Notes: generated by a model from the sequence alone, not told the origin. DNA of 64,000 bases from an uncultured Acidimicrobiaceae bacterium (GCA_963812525.1 CAWEVL010000007.1:9-64008), one strand, 5' to 3'. Counted from the stretch's first letter, positions 28,059 to 39,152 are shown. Numbers and translations: made by a program.

Positions 28059-29180
28059 CTACTCCAAGACCACCAGGTCGTCCCGGTGGACCACCTCGGA
28101 GGCCACGTCGTCGGGCAGTTCGTCCGAGTGCCGACCGGCCCACCGCTCCACCACCGCCGCCGACTGACCCACCAGCCCCTTGGCGAAGACCTGGCCGTCG
28201 GGGTCGGCGATCTCCACGGCGTCGTCGGCGGCGAACCCGCCGCGGACGGACACCACCCCGGCGGCCAGGAGCGACCGGCCCCGCTCGACCAGGGCGCGGC
28301 GGGCTCCGGCGTCGACCACGATCGTGCCCGATGCCCCCACGGCGAAGGCGATCCACAGCTTGCGGGCCGGCAGCCGCCGGTCCCGGGGTCGGAACCGGGT
28401 GCCGACGGCCGGCGCCGAGCCGAGCACGGCGGCCAGCACCCCGGGACGGGCGGCGTCGGCGATCACCGCCTCCACGCCCGACCACACGGCGATCTTGGCC
28501 GCCGCCAGCTTCGAGCCCATGCCCCCGCTGCCCACCGTCGAGCCGGGGCCCCCGGCGATCCGCTCGAGCTCGTGGTCGATCTCCACCACCTCCTCGATCA
28601 GCGAGCCCCCGGTGGTGCGGCGGGGATCCTCGGTGAGCAGACCGGCGGTGTCGGTCAGGAGCACCAGCACCTCGGCCCCGACCAGGTGGGCCACCAGGGC
28701 GGCCAACCGGTCGTTGTCGCCGAACCGGATCTCCTCGTCGGCCACGGCGTCGTTCTCGTTGACCACCGGCACCACACCCAGCTCCAGCAGGCGGGCGAGG
28801 GTCTGACGGGCGTGGAGGTACTGGCTCCGGTGCACGAAGTCGAGCGGGGCGAGCAGGACCTGGCCGGTGGTCAGCTGGTGCCGCTCGAGCGAGTGGCTCC
28901 ACACCTGCATGAGCCGGTGCTGGCCGACGGCGGCCACCGCCTGGAGCGTGGCCAGGTCCGAGGGCCGGGGCTGGTCCGGGGCCAGCGTGCTCCAACCGGC
29001 GGCGATGGCCCCCGACGTCACCACCACCACCCGGTGCCCGCCGGCCCGGGCCTCGGCCACCTCGGCGGCCAGCTTCTCGATGGCCGCGGTGTCCACGCCG
29101 CCGGCGGCCGTGGTGACCGAGGAGGAGCCGATCTTGACCACCACCGTCCCGGCCGGGGGCCGGGTCGACGCCGCGTTCAC
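28059..29180 (-). CDS. proB: Glutamate 5-kinase with PUA domain
   Basis: VVVKIGSSSVT...VVVVTSGAIAAG. The GTG at 29180 overlaps the obg stop (GTGA). Confidence 0.9.
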   Translation of the reverse strand: MNAASTRPPAGTVVVKIGSSSVTTAAGGVDTAAIEKLAAEVAEARAGGHRVVVVTSGAIAAGWSTLAPDQPRPSDLATLQAVAAVGQHRLMQVWSHSLERHQLTTGQVLLAPLDFVHRSQYLHARQTLARLLELGVVPVVNENDAVADEEIRFGDNDRLAALVAHLVGAEVLVLLTDTAGLLTEDPRRTTGGSLIEEVVEIDHELERIAGGPGSTVGSGGMGSKLAAAKIAVWSGVEAVIADAARPGVLAAVLGSAPAVGTRFRPRDRRLPARKLWIAFAVGASGTIVVDAGARRALVERGRSLLAAGVVSVRGGFAADDAVEIADPDGQVFAKGLVGQSAAVVERWAGRHSDELPDDVASEVVHRDDLVVLE

Positions 29181-30485
29181 GACCGCTTGCGCCGGGAGGC
29201 CGGCTGACCGGTGAACTCGGGCTGATCGCGATACCAGACGAACGACAGCTCCCCGATGTGGACCACGTCCCCGTCGCGGGCCCCGGCCCGGGCCAGGGCC
29301 CGGTCCACGCCGATCCGCCGGAGGCGGCCCTGCACGTAGTCGGCCGCCTCGTCGGTGGTGAGGTCGTTGAGGGCCACGGCCCGTTCGGCCACCCGGCCCA
29401 CCACCCGGAACTCCCCCGAGTCGAGGCGCTCCACGGCGAATCCCTCGGGCAGGGGGCGGTGGATGACGATGGCGGTCTCCTCCTCGGGCTGCCGGGCGCG
29501 GGCCTCGGCCACCAGCTGGGTCATCCGGCCGACCAACTCGCGGATGCCCAGGCCGGTCACGGCGGAGATGACCACATCGGGCCGGAACGTGCCGACCGGG
29601 GCGGCGGTGTCGCCGGTGGCGCACCACGTCACCCTTGCTCCCCACCACCACCCGGGGCCGGTCCAGCAGCCCGGGCTGGTACCGGCCCAGCTCGTCGAGG
29701 AGCACCCGGAGCTGCTCGTCCGGGGTGATCCCGGTGACCGGTGCCAGCTCGACCAGGACGACCAGGACCCGGGACCGGGTGATGTGCCGGAGGAACCGGT
29801 GGCCGAGGCCCTTGCCCTCGGCGGCCCCCTCCACCAGCCCGGGGATGTCGGCCACGGTGAAGTCGGACCCGTCGCCGGCCCGGACCACGCCCAGGTGGGG
29901 CTCGAGGGTGGTGAACGGGTAGTCGGCGATCTTCGGCTTGGCCGCCGAGATCCGTGCGATGAGGGTGCTCTTGCCCACGTTGGGCAGGCCCACCAGGGCC
30001 ACGTCGGCCACCAGGGCCAGCTCGAGGTCGTACCACTGCTCGTGGCCTTTCTCCCCCTGTTCGGCGAAGGTCGGGGCCCGTCGCCGGTTGGTCAGGAAGC
30101 TGGCGTTGCCCCGACCCCCGCGGCCGCCCTCGCCGGCCAGCCACCGGTCGCCCGCGTTGACCAGGTCGACCAGCAGGGTCCCGTCAGCTCCCTTGGCCCG
30201 GGTCCCCACCGGGACGGGGACCTCGAGGTCCGGGCCCCGGGCCCCGTGCTTCTTCTTCCCGCCGCCGTGACCCCCGTCGCCCGCCCGTCGATGGGGGTGG
30301 TCGCGGAACCCCAGCAGGGACGACTGATTGTGGCTGGCCACCAGCCACACGTCGCCGCCCCGGCCGCCGTCGCCGCCGTCGGGACCGCCCTTGTCCACAT
30401 GGGCCTCCCGGCGGAAGGCCACGGCACCGGCGCCGCCGTCACCCGCCTTGACATGGAGTTGCGCCTCATCGACGAAGCCGGACAT
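29177..30485 (-). CDS. obg: GTPase Obg/CgtA; apparent +1 frameshift within 29590-29625
   Basis: The N-terminal Obg fold (FVDEAQLHVKAGDGGAG) and G domain (GLPNVGKST) are in the frame of ORF 28059..30485. The C-terminal domain (ISAVTGLGIRELV...VHIGELSFVW) is in the frame of ORF 29177..29632. Confidence 0.9.
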
Positions 30486-30532
30486 GGAGCGATCCTACGA
30501 CGGACCGGTGCTGCGCCCCGGCGTGGCGGCGA

Positions 30533-31318
30533 CTACGACCCGACCAGGACGGTGCGGCGCAGGGTGGCCACGGCCTCGGTCACCCCGAGGGACTCGGCCA
30601 GGGCGGCGTAGGTGCCGTACTCGGCCCGCAGCGAGCCCAGGAACTCCTCCATGGTCGCCGGGAGCACCTGGAGGACCGCCGGGGCGTACCGCATGACGTC
30701 CTCCACCGAGTCCGGATACTCCTCCTTCAGCCGGTCGAGGAGGCGCTCCATGGCCGGACCGCTCAGGGCGTAGTCCTCCACGATGGTCTCGTCGGGGACG
30801 CCCAGGAAGGCCAGGATCAGCGCCGAGAGGACCCCGGTGCGGTCCTTGCCGGCGCTGCAGTGGAAGACCGCCGGGAGGGCGTCACCCGACGTCAGGGCGG
30901 CGAAGGCTCCGGTCAGGGCCGGACCGCCCTCGGACACCATCCGGGCGTAGCGGGAGGCCACGTACGACGCCTCGGCCCAGGACGGCATCTCCTCGGTGGA
31001 GGGCAGGACGTCGGTCAGGGGCAGGTCGACGTAGCGCACCGGTACCGCGGCCACCGGGAACCGCCCCCGCTGCACGGCCTCGTCCACGGTCCGCAGGTCG
31101 ATGACCGTGGCCACCCCCAGGTCGATCAGCTGACGCCGATCGCCCTCGGTCAGCCTGTGCAGCCCGTCGGCCCGGAACAGCCGCCGCCAGCCGACCTCCA
31201 GGCCGTCGACGGTCCGGTAGCCGCCCAGGTCCCGGAAGTTGACGCACCCTTCGAAGGCCAGGGCCCGGCTGGGCTCGGGACGGGACGAGCCCGCGGTCAG
31301 GATCTCAGGGCCGGACAT
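30533..31318 (-). CDS. Protein tyrosine/dual-specificity phosphatase (Y_phosphatase3-like)
   Basis: HCSAGKDRTG (CX5R) active-site loop. 261 aa. Confidence 0.8.
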   Translation of the reverse strand: MSGPEILTAGSSRPEPSRALAFEGCVNFRDLGGYRTVDGLEVGWRRLFRADGLHRLTEGDRRQLIDLGVATVIDLRTVDEAVQRGRFPVAAVPVRYVDLPLTDVLPSTEEMPSWAEASYVASRYARMVSEGGPALTGAFAALTSGDALPAVFHCSAGKDRTGVLSALILAFLGVPDETIVEDYALSGPAMERLLDRLKEEYPDSVEDVMRYAPAVLQVLPATMEEFLGSLRAEYGTYAALAESLGVTEAVATLRRTVLVGS

Positions 31319-31396
31319 GGACGGGAGCGTACCGTCTCACCCTGCCGGTCGACCGCCCCGGCCGGTGAATTCTCGGTGTCGGGCGGATCCGGGGGC

Positions 31397-31651
31397 TCAG
31401 GCGCCGCTGACGACGTCGACCAGCTTGCGACCCCGGCGGCTGGTGAATTGCACCGTCCCGTCCGCCAGGGCGAACAGCGTGTCGTCGCCGCCCAGGCCGA
31501 CGTTGAGGCCGGGATGGAACTTGGTGCCCCGCTGGCGGACCAGGATGGCGCCGGCCCTCACTTCGGTGCCACCGAAGGTCTTCACGCCCAGGCGCTGGGC
31601 GTTCGAGTCGCGTCCGTTGCGGGTTGACCCGCCACCCTTGGTCTTCGACAT
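31397..31651 (-). CDS. rpmA: 50S ribosomal protein L27
   Basis: [20 protein letters not shown]... Confidence 0.97.
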   Translation of the reverse strand: MSKTKGGGSTRNGRDSNAQRLGVKTFGGTEVRAGAILVRQRGTKFHPGLNVGLGGDDTLFALADGTVQFTSRRGRKLVDVVSGA

Positions 31652-31693
31652 CCGACTACTCCTTGACTCTGATCGATCTGGCCGGCGGGCCGG

Positions 31694-32008
31694 TCAGCCG
31701 GCCGCGCTGATCGCCGTGATGGCGATGGTCGAGTACCGCTGGCGGTGCCCCCACCGGGTGCTCTGGTTCGACTTGCTCTTGTAGGTGAAGCCCCGCACCT
31801 TGGGACCGAGCTCCTCCCCCACCACGGTGGCCGTGACCGAGGTCCCGGCCAGCTGGGCCGGGGTGGCCAGTACGGTGGCGCCGTCGACCACCAGCACCGG
31901 GGTGAAGGTCACCTCGGCGCCGGGGGACTCCCCCAGCAGCTCGACCCGGAGTGTCTGACCCTCGGCCACCCGCTCCTGCTTCCCTCCGGTTTTGATCACG
32001 GCGTACAT
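31694..32008 (-). CDS. rplU: 50S ribosomal protein L21
   Basis: MYAVIKTGGKQERV... Confidence 0.97.
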   Translation of the reverse strand: MYAVIKTGGKQERVAEGQTLRVELLGESPGAEVTFTPVLVVDGATVLATPAQLAGTSVTATVVGEELGPKVRGFTYKSKSNQSTRWGHRQRYSTIAITAISAAG

Positions 32009-32034
32009 AGGGATGCGACTCTACTACAGCCGGC

Positions 32035-34036
32035 TCAGCGCTCGGGGTCGTCGAAGACGATGCCCCGGCCCCCGCACACTTCGCAGGTGGTGGACATGGA
32101 CTCGATGAGGCCCTCGGACACCCGCTTGCGGGTCATCTCCACCAGCCCCAGTTCGGAGATGTCGAAGACCTGGGTGCGGGTCTTGTCCCGGGCCAGGGCG
32201 GAACGCAGGGCCGAACCCACCTTGTCCCGGTTCTCCCGGATCTCCATGTCGATGAAGTCGATGACGATGATCCCCCCGATGTCCCGGAGACGGAGCTGGC
32301 GGGCCACCTCCTCGGCCGCCTCCAGGTTGTTGCGGTAGACCGTCTCCTCCAGGTTGGTGGTGCCCACGTTCTTGCCGGTGTTGACGTCGATCACCGTCAG
32401 GGCCTCGGTGCGGTCGATGACCAGGGAGCCGCCCGAGGGCAGGTAGACCTTCCGGTCCAGGGCCCGGTGGAGCTGCTCATGGACGTGGTAGCGCTCGAAC
32501 ACGGGCAGGGCCTCGGCCTCGGGGTCGAAGTACTCCACCCGGTCGGCCAACTCCGGGTTGACGGCCCCGACGTACTCGCGGACCTGCTCGAAGAGGGCGA
32601 GGTCGTCGATGACCACCGCCCGGTACTCACGGTTCAACTCCTCGCGGATGACCCGCACGGCGATGGCCGGCTCCCGGTAGAGCAGGGCCGGGCCCTGGCC
32701 CTTGGTCGACTGTCCGGCGATGGACTCCCACTGTTCCACCAGGCGGGCCACGTCGTTGCCCAACTCCTCGGCGCTGGCCCCCGCCGCCGCGGTCCGGACG
32801 ATGAGCCCGTGACCCTCGGGCCGAACGGCGTCGACGATGCGGCGCAAGCGCTTGCGCTCACTGTCCTCGAGGCGCTTGGAGATGCCGTAGGCCGAGCTGT
32901 TGGGCACCAGCACGACGAACCGGCCGGGGAGGGAGACCTCCTGGGTGAGGCGGGCGCCCTTGGCCCCGATGGGGTTCTTGGTGACCTGGCACAGAATGGT
33001 CTGGCCCGGGCGGAGCAGCTGCTCGATCCGGGGCTGGCCCGACGAGGGCGATTCGACGTCGTCGGTGTCGTAGCGGACGTCGCCGTGGTAGAGGACGGCG
33101 TTCTTGGGCGTCCCGATGTCGATGAAGGCCGCCTCCATGCCCGGGAAGCACGTTCTGGACGCGTCCCCGGTAGATGTTGCCGTCGATCTGGGTGGCATCA
33201 TCGGAGGCCCGGGAGATGTAGTGCTCGACCAGCGTGCGACCCTCGAGCAGGGCGATCTGGGTCATCTCGGGGCGGACATGCACGCAGATCATGTAGCGGC
33301 CGACGGCCTTGCCCCGCCGTTCACGGCCGCCCCGACGGCCCTCGGCCTTCGGCCCGGCGTCGGCCCGGGGCTTCCCCCCCGAGCCCGGGCGGCCGCTGCC
33401 GCCCGAGCCGTTGGTGGCGGCGGCCTCCGAGCCGGCGGCGGCGGTCACCCGGTCGGCTGGGGCCCGGTCCCCGGAGCCGGTGCGCGGCCGGGAGCGACCC
33501 CCTCCCCCGGACCGACCCTGGTTCCGGCCGCCCGAGGTGACCCCGGCGCGGGACTCCTCGTCCTGGCTCCGGACGCCGGTGGCGTCACCGGCGGCACCGG
33601 CCGGAGGCCGGGCGGGCCGACTGTCCCCGATCTTGGGGCGCTCCGGCACGGACCGCGGCGGGACGGCGGCCCCACCGGACGCCGCCGGGGCCGGGTTGCC
33701 GGTCTCGGCTGGGACAGGGGCCGGCGGAGCCTCCTCCCCGGCATCCGGGGGGCTGCCGGTGGCTCCGGCCGGTCGACCTCGCCCGCGACCTCCCCGCGAC
33801 CCGCGTCGGCGGCGGTTGGGCCCGTCGCCGCCCGCGGCGGTGGTGGGGACTCCCTCACGGCTCCCTTCGCCCGATCCGCCGCCTGGGCTCAGGGCCGCAC
33901 CACCGGCGTCACCCTGGGGGGACGGCCCTCCGGTGCCGGCCGGTTCGGCCGGTGCTGACTGGGTTGCGGGCGCGGTCGACGACGCCGGCGCCTCCGCCGG
34001 GACCTCCACCGGTTGCCCGGTTGCTCCATCTGACAT
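32035..34036 (-). CDS. rne: Ribonuclease E/G family endoribonuclease with a 245-aa Arg/Gly/Pro-rich N-terminal region; apparent +1 frameshift at 33139-33146
   Basis: The S1 domain (GNIYRGRVQNVLPG) is in the frame of ORF 32858..34036. MEAAFIDIG and the catalytic core are in the frame of ORF 32035..33201. ATG at 34036 with GGAAGGGA upstream. Confidence 0.85.
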
Positions 34037-34057
34037 CGAATTCCCTTCCGATACTGC

Positions 34058-34882
34058 TCATGAGGCACGCTCGAGGGCGTACCCGGCGCGGTCGGCTCCG
34101 GCAGCGGCCCCCCGTTCGAGGGGCTCCTCCCGTCGGCCGTCGCGCTCGATCCACTGTTGCGTTCTGCACGCCCGGTCCAGGACCGGTACGTCCGCGCCGC
34201 GGCCGTCACCGGCCGGCGCGTCCTCCACGCCGTCGCCGGCCCGGAGGCCGGAGACGGCGATCAGTCCCCTCACCAGCTCGACGGGACGGACGCCCCGGGG
34301 CTGGCAGGCCAGGTCGGCCACCACCCCGACGGGCTTCCGGCCGGCCGGGCCGGTCTCCCCGGTCGGGTCGGGGGCCACGGCCAGCCCGAGGACCGAGGGG
34401 CGCAGGTCGTCCTGCTCCTGGCGGCCCTTGCGCTCCCGCACGATGGGTACCGAGTCGGCCGCCAGCAGCGAGGCCACCCGGTCGGCCAGCGCCGCGCCGG
34501 AGATCCCGCCGAACCACATGGTCCACGTGCACGAGGTGACCTGCTGCTGGAGCGAGCCGTCCCGGCGGTCGACCAGGGCCGCCTGCTGGACGTCGATCCC
34601 CTCGGGCAGCAGCCCGGACAGCCGGGCCGGTAGCTCGCCCAGGACCACTCCCGCGGTCTCCGGTCGGGACTCGTCGAGGACCACGTCGAGGTACTCGGCC
34701 AGCGACTCGCACCCGGTGGGCAGGGCCAACCCGAAGCTGAGTTGCGGCCGGGGCGAGAATCCTTCGGTGTAGGCCAGGGGCAACCGGTCCCGACGCAGGG
34801 CCCGCTCCCACATGCGGGCCACATCGCGCTGGCTGGTGAAGCGGATCTTGCCGAGCTTGACGAAACGGAGGCGGACCCGCAT
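34058..34882 (-). CDS. DUF2344 / TIGR03936-type radical-SAM-associated protein
   Basis: MRVRLRFVKLGKIRFTSQRDVARMWERALRR...GFSPRP is the characteristic N-terminus. The ATG at 34882 lies 1 nt after the upstream stop. Confidence 0.85.
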   Translation of the reverse strand: MRVRLRFVKLGKIRFTSQRDVARMWERALRRDRLPLAYTEGFSPRPQLSFGLALPTGCESLAEYLDVVLDESRPETAGVVLGELPARLSGLLPEGIDVQQAALVDRRDGSLQQQVTSCTWTMWFGGISGAALADRVASLLAADSVPIVRERKGRQEQDDLRPSVLGLAVAPDPTGETGPAGRKPVGVVADLACQPRGVRPVELVRGLIAVSGLRAGDGVEDAPAGDGRGADVPVLDRACRTQQWIERDGRREEPLERGAAAGADRAGYALERAS

Positions 34883-34883
34883 C

Positions 34884-36944
34884 TCAGCTGCTCCCCTCTC
34901 CCGCCGGCGCCATAGCTCCGGCGACGACTTCCTGGTCCGGCCCGGGGGCCGCAACGGCACCGGATGGCACCGTGGAGAGAAATCGTACCGGTACCTGGCC
35001 CCCGGTTGAGAGATCCTGTCCCGTCCCCTGGCTGCCGCCGGCCGGGGGCACCGCCGAGGCGACCACGTGTTCGATGCCGAACCCGGTGCACGCCCCGCAG
35101 TCGTAGCACGGCGTCCACCGGCAGTCTTCCAGGCCGTGCTGGGCCAGGGCGTCCAGCCAGTCCTGCCAGAGGAAGTCCCGGTGGAGGCCGGCCGAGAGGT
35201 GGTCCCACGGCAGAGCCTCGTCCTCGGTCCGGTGGCGGTAGACGGTGTCCTCCAGGGACATCCCGTGGTCGGCCAGGGCCTCGGTCCACAGGGACAGGTC
35301 GAAGTGCTCGGTCCACTCCTGGAAGGTCCCGCCCCGCCGCCACACCTGCTCGATGACCGGCCCCATCCGCCGGTCGCCCCGGCTCACGATGCCCTCCGCC
35401 GCGGTGGCCTTGGGGTCGTGCCACCGGATGGTCAGGCCCCGCACCGGGCGGGCGGCGTCCCTGAGCAGGTGGACCTTGCGGGTCAATTCCTCGATGGTGT
35501 TCTGGCCGAACCACTGGAACGGGGTCTGGACCTTGGGGACGAACCCTCCGACCGAGGCCGTCACCGTGACCCCCTTGTGGTAGCGCTTGCCGATGGCTAC
35601 GCACTGCTTGGCCAGGGCCACGATGCCCAGGGTGTCCTCGTCCGTCTCGGTGGGCAGGCCGATCAGGAAGTACAGCTTGACCCGCTTCCAGCCCTGGCTG
35701 AACGCGGCCTCCACCGCGGCGTAGAGGTCCTCCTCCAGGATCAGCTTGTTGATCACCTGGCGCATCCTCCAGGTGCCCCCCTCGGGGGCGAAGGTCAGCC
35801 CGGTCCGGCGGACCCGCTGGATCTGGGCCGCGGTCCCGACCGTGAAGGCGTCCACCCGGAGGCTGGGGAGGCTGACCGACACCTGGCCGGAGCACGAGGG
35901 GTCGTCGATGATGGAGGTGACGGTGCCCTCGATGCCCGAGTAGTCGGCACTGGACAGGGAGGTCAGCGCCACCTCGTCGTAGCCGGTGCGGGCCAGCCCG
36001 TCCATGACCATGGTCCGGACCTGCTCGGCCGGCCGCTCGCGCACGGGACGGGTGATCATCCCGGCCTGGCAGAAGCGGCATCCGCGGGTGCACCCACGGA
36101 ACAACTCGACATTGAGGCGGTCGTGGACCACCTCGATCAGGGGCACCAGCTGCTGTCGGGGGTAGGGCCACTGGGCCAGATCGCCGATCGTCCGCTTCTC
36201 CACCCGGTCGGGGGTCTCGGGGAACCGCGGGGTGGTGCCGACCAGGCGGGGCCGGGCCGGGTGGGCGGCGGGCTCGGCCGACGGCTGGTAGCGGGCCTCG
36301 TAGCAGGCGGGGACGTACGCCCCCTCGATCTGGGCCAGGGCCCGGAGCACGGACATGCGGTCGGCCGACCGGCCGTCGGCCTTCCAGGCCGCGACCACCT
36401 CGTGGATCTCGCCCACCGCCTCCTCCCCGTCGCCCAGGACGAAGCAGTCCACGAAGTCGGCCAGCGGCTCGGGATTGAAGGCGCAGTGGCCGCCGGCCAC
36501 CACCAGCGGTGCGCCCTGACCCCGCTCGCACCCGCGGACGTGCAGTCCGGCCAGGTCGATCAAGTTGAGGACGTTGGTGTAGACCAGCTCGGCCGACAGG
36601 TTGAAGGCGAGCACGTCGAAGTCGCTCGCCGGCAGGTGGTTCTCCAGCGAGAACAGGGGCACCCCGGCGGTCCGCATGGCCGCCTCCATGTCCACCCAGG
36701 GCGCATAGGCCCGCTCGGCCACGGCGTCGTCCCGCTCGTTGAGGATCTCGTAGAGGATCTGCAGGCCCTGGTTGGGCAGCCCGATCTCGTAGGTGTCGGG
36801 GTAGACCAGCAGCCAGGCCGCCGTCCCGTCGCCGTGTTCGGTCGCCTGGGCGCCGAGCTCCCCGCCGATGTAGCGGGCGGGTTTCTCGACCTGGGACAGG
36901 AGGGGCTCAACCCGTGGCCAGAGGGACTGCATCTCCCCCCTCAT
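34884..36944 (-). CDS. B12-binding-domain radical SAM protein (TIGR03960-type)
   Basis: CTRGCRFCQAG (CX3CX2C) and an N-terminal PARYIGGE...VYPDTYEIGLPNQG. ATG at 36944 or 36932. Confidence 0.85.
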   Translation of the reverse strand: MRGEMQSLWPRVEPLLSQVEKPARYIGGELGAQATEHGDGTAAWLLVYPDTYEIGLPNQGLQILYEILNERDDAVAERAYAPWVDMEAAMRTAGVPLFSLENHLPASDFDVLAFNLSAELVYTNVLNLIDLAGLHVRGCERGQGAPLVVAGGHCAFNPEPLADFVDCFVLGDGEEAVGEIHEVVAAWKADGRSADRMSVLRALAQIEGAYVPACYEARYQPSAEPAAHPARPRLVGTTPRFPETPDRVEKRTIGDLAQWPYPRQQLVPLIEVVHDRLNVELFRGCTRGCRFCQAGMITRPVRERPAEQVRTMVMDGLARTGYDEVALTSLSSADYSGIEGTVTSIIDDPSCSGQVSVSLPSLRVDAFTVGTAAQIQRVRRTGLTFAPEGGTWRMRQVINKLILEEDLYAAVEAAFSQGWKRVKLYFLIGLPTETDEDTLGIVALAKQCVAIGKRYHKGVTVTASVGGFVPKVQTPFQWFGQNTIEELTRKVHLLRDAARPVRGLTIRWHDPKATAAEGIVSRGDRRMGPVIEQVWRRGGTFQEWTEHFDLSLWTEALADHGMSLEDTVYRHRTEDEALPWDHLSAGLHRDFLWQDWLDALAQHGLEDCRWTPCYDCGACTGFGIEHVVASAVPPAGGSQGTGQDLSTGGQVPVRFLSTVPSGAVAAPGPDQEVVAGAMAPAGEGSS

Positions 36945-37006
36945 CCTAGGGCCGCCCGGCACCGGGGTCGGACCGGTCGTCGGGCGGGCCCCCACCCGCA
37001 CCCGGA

Positions 37007-39152
37007 CTACGCCCCGGATCCGGTGGAGGTGGAGGTGGTCGACCCGCCGGTGGCTGCGGTGGTCGTGGTGGTGGTCGGCGGGGTGGGCAGGGCCACGCCG
37101 GTCGTGGCCTGGTAGACCTTCTGAACTGGGGGAACGACCGCCGGACTCACCGGGTGGGTGGCCAGGTAGTTGAAGATCTGCCCCACCACCGGAGCCGAGG
37201 CGGCGGCCCCGAAGCCGGCCTGGTCGATGACGCAGACCACCACGTACTGCGGCGCCGATGCCGTCGGTCCCCACCCTACGAACCAGGCGGTGGGTTCCTT
37301 GCCCGGCTCGGTGTCGGCGGTCCCGGTCTTGCCGGCCAGACCGCCCGGGAAGGTGGCCAGGCCGGGCACCCCGTAGGCGGTGCCGCTCCGGTTGTTGACC
37401 ACCCCCTCGAAGCCGGTGAGCAGGGCCTGGTAGTTGGTGGGCGAGATGGCCACGTGACCGGTGACCTGGGGGGCCAGCTTCCTGACCACCCGGCCCGATG
37501 GGTCGACGACGGCCGCGGCCACCTGCGGGGCGTACCGGGTGCCCCCGTTGGCGAAGGTCGAGTAGGCCACCGCCTGCTCGATGGGCGTGATGTAGGTGCC
37601 GCCCTGGCCGAAGGCCATCTCGATGTTGTCCCCCGTGTACCAGGTGGTGTTGGGGAAGGCCTTCGGCGCCATGGCGTGGAGCTTGACCCGCTCGGCCTGG
37701 CTGTCCACCCGTCCCTGGACCTCGCCGGGCAGATCGATGCCGGTCAGCTGGCCCAGACCGTACTGGGACGCGGTGTCCTGGATCGCGGTCTGGCCGTACT
37801 GGCCGCTCTTGGCGTAGAAGAGGTAGCCCAGGTTGTAGAAGAAATCGTCACTCGACACGGTGAGGGCGGAGGAGACGTTGTAGGTGCCGTTCGGGTCCCC
37901 CTCGCTGTTGTGGAACACGCAGGTGGTGCTGTTGTACTGGCAGTCCGGGGTCTTGAACGTCCCACTGTCGTAGTACGAGAACGCCGGACTGATCAGCCCG
38001 GCTGTTGAGGGCGGCGGTGGCGGTGTTGAGCTTGAACGTCGAGCCCGGGATGTACTGCCCGGCGATGGCCCGGTTGAGCGACGGCTCACCGCTGGTCGGA
38101 CCGAACAGCTGGGCGTTCTGGGCGGGGCTGAGCCCGCCCACCCACTCGGAGAGGTTGTAGGACGGGTAGGAGGACATGGCGTAGACCGCCCCGGTCTGGG
38201 GGTTCATCACGACCACCGCGCCGCCGGTGGCCCCGGGGTAGCACCCGGAGTTGTTGTTGCACTGCTTGTCGTAGGTCCTCCGCAGGCTGAGGATCTGGGA
38301 GGCCAGGGCGTTGTCGGCCACCTGCTGCAGGTTGGTGTCGAGGTTGGTGACCAGGTTGTCGCCGGGTGTGGCCGGGGTGGTCTTCACGGTGCCGGCCACT
38401 TTGCCCGAGGGGGTCACCTCGATCTCCTGGGTCCCCGGGGTGCCCCGCAGCGAGGGCTCGTACTCGTACTCCAGACCGGACTGCCCGTAGGCGTCGCCGG
38501 CCTGGTACCCCTTGGCCGCGTCGGCCTGGAGCTCGGTGCCGTTGATGGTCGAGACGTACCCGAGGGTCTGGGTCGCCGGGTAGTTGTCCTGGGCCGGTCC
38601 GGGCAGCTCCCCCTGGGGGTAGGTGCGCTCGGTGGTCTGGACCGAGGCGACCCCGGGGAAGTCGTCCTGGTGCTCGCTGATGTAGAGGATGTCCGACAGG
38701 ATCTGGTTCTGGGCGGCCGGGGTGGTACCGCCGGTGAGGACGGGCACCGGCTTGTACGGGCTGTAGCGCGGGTCGGCGATGATGGCCTGCACCTGCTGGG
38801 GGGTCTTGCCGATCAGGGTGGCCAGCCGCCCGATGACCTCGGGGTGCTCCTGGGCCGCGGACCGGGACAGGGTGATCTGTTGGACCACGATGTTGCTGAC
38901 CAACGGGTTGCCGGACCGGTCGAGGATGAGGCCGCGGGTGGGTTCGACCGGCACGTTGCGGATCTGGTTGACGGAGACCGCCTGGGCCGCGGCCGGCGCC
39001 TGGAGCACGGTCAGGGCCCAGAGACGCAGTCCCAACAGGGCGAAGAGCCCGGCCACGACCAGGCCGGCGATGCGCAGCCGGAGGCCGGGCCGGGAGGCGC
39101 TGGTGTCCGGGGCGTCCAGCATCGACTCCATCGAGAAGCGGCTCTGGCGCAT
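37007..39152 (-). CDS. mrdA: Penicillin-binding protein 2 (class B transpeptidase); apparent +1 frameshift at 37996-38002
   Basis: The N-terminal TM, dimerisation domain and GSTFK active site are in the frame of ORF 37848..39413. The remaining transpeptidase (KTGTA) is in the frame of ORF 37007..38089. It is adjacent to mreD. Confidence 0.85.

Noticed and set aside
26749-28995. 748-aa ORF extending proA upstream by about 330 aa.
   Set aside because: The extension overlaps proB out of frame and is Arg/Gly/Pro-rich shadow sequence. A GTG at 28005 gives a normal-length ProA.
28059-30485. 808-aa ORF suggesting an Obg-ProB fusion protein.
   Set aside because: The middle 150 aa are Arg/Pro-rich nonsense. 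The genuine Obg C-terminal domain is in ORF 29177..29632, and its TGA overlaps the proB GTG at 29180. The fusion is a frameshift artefact.
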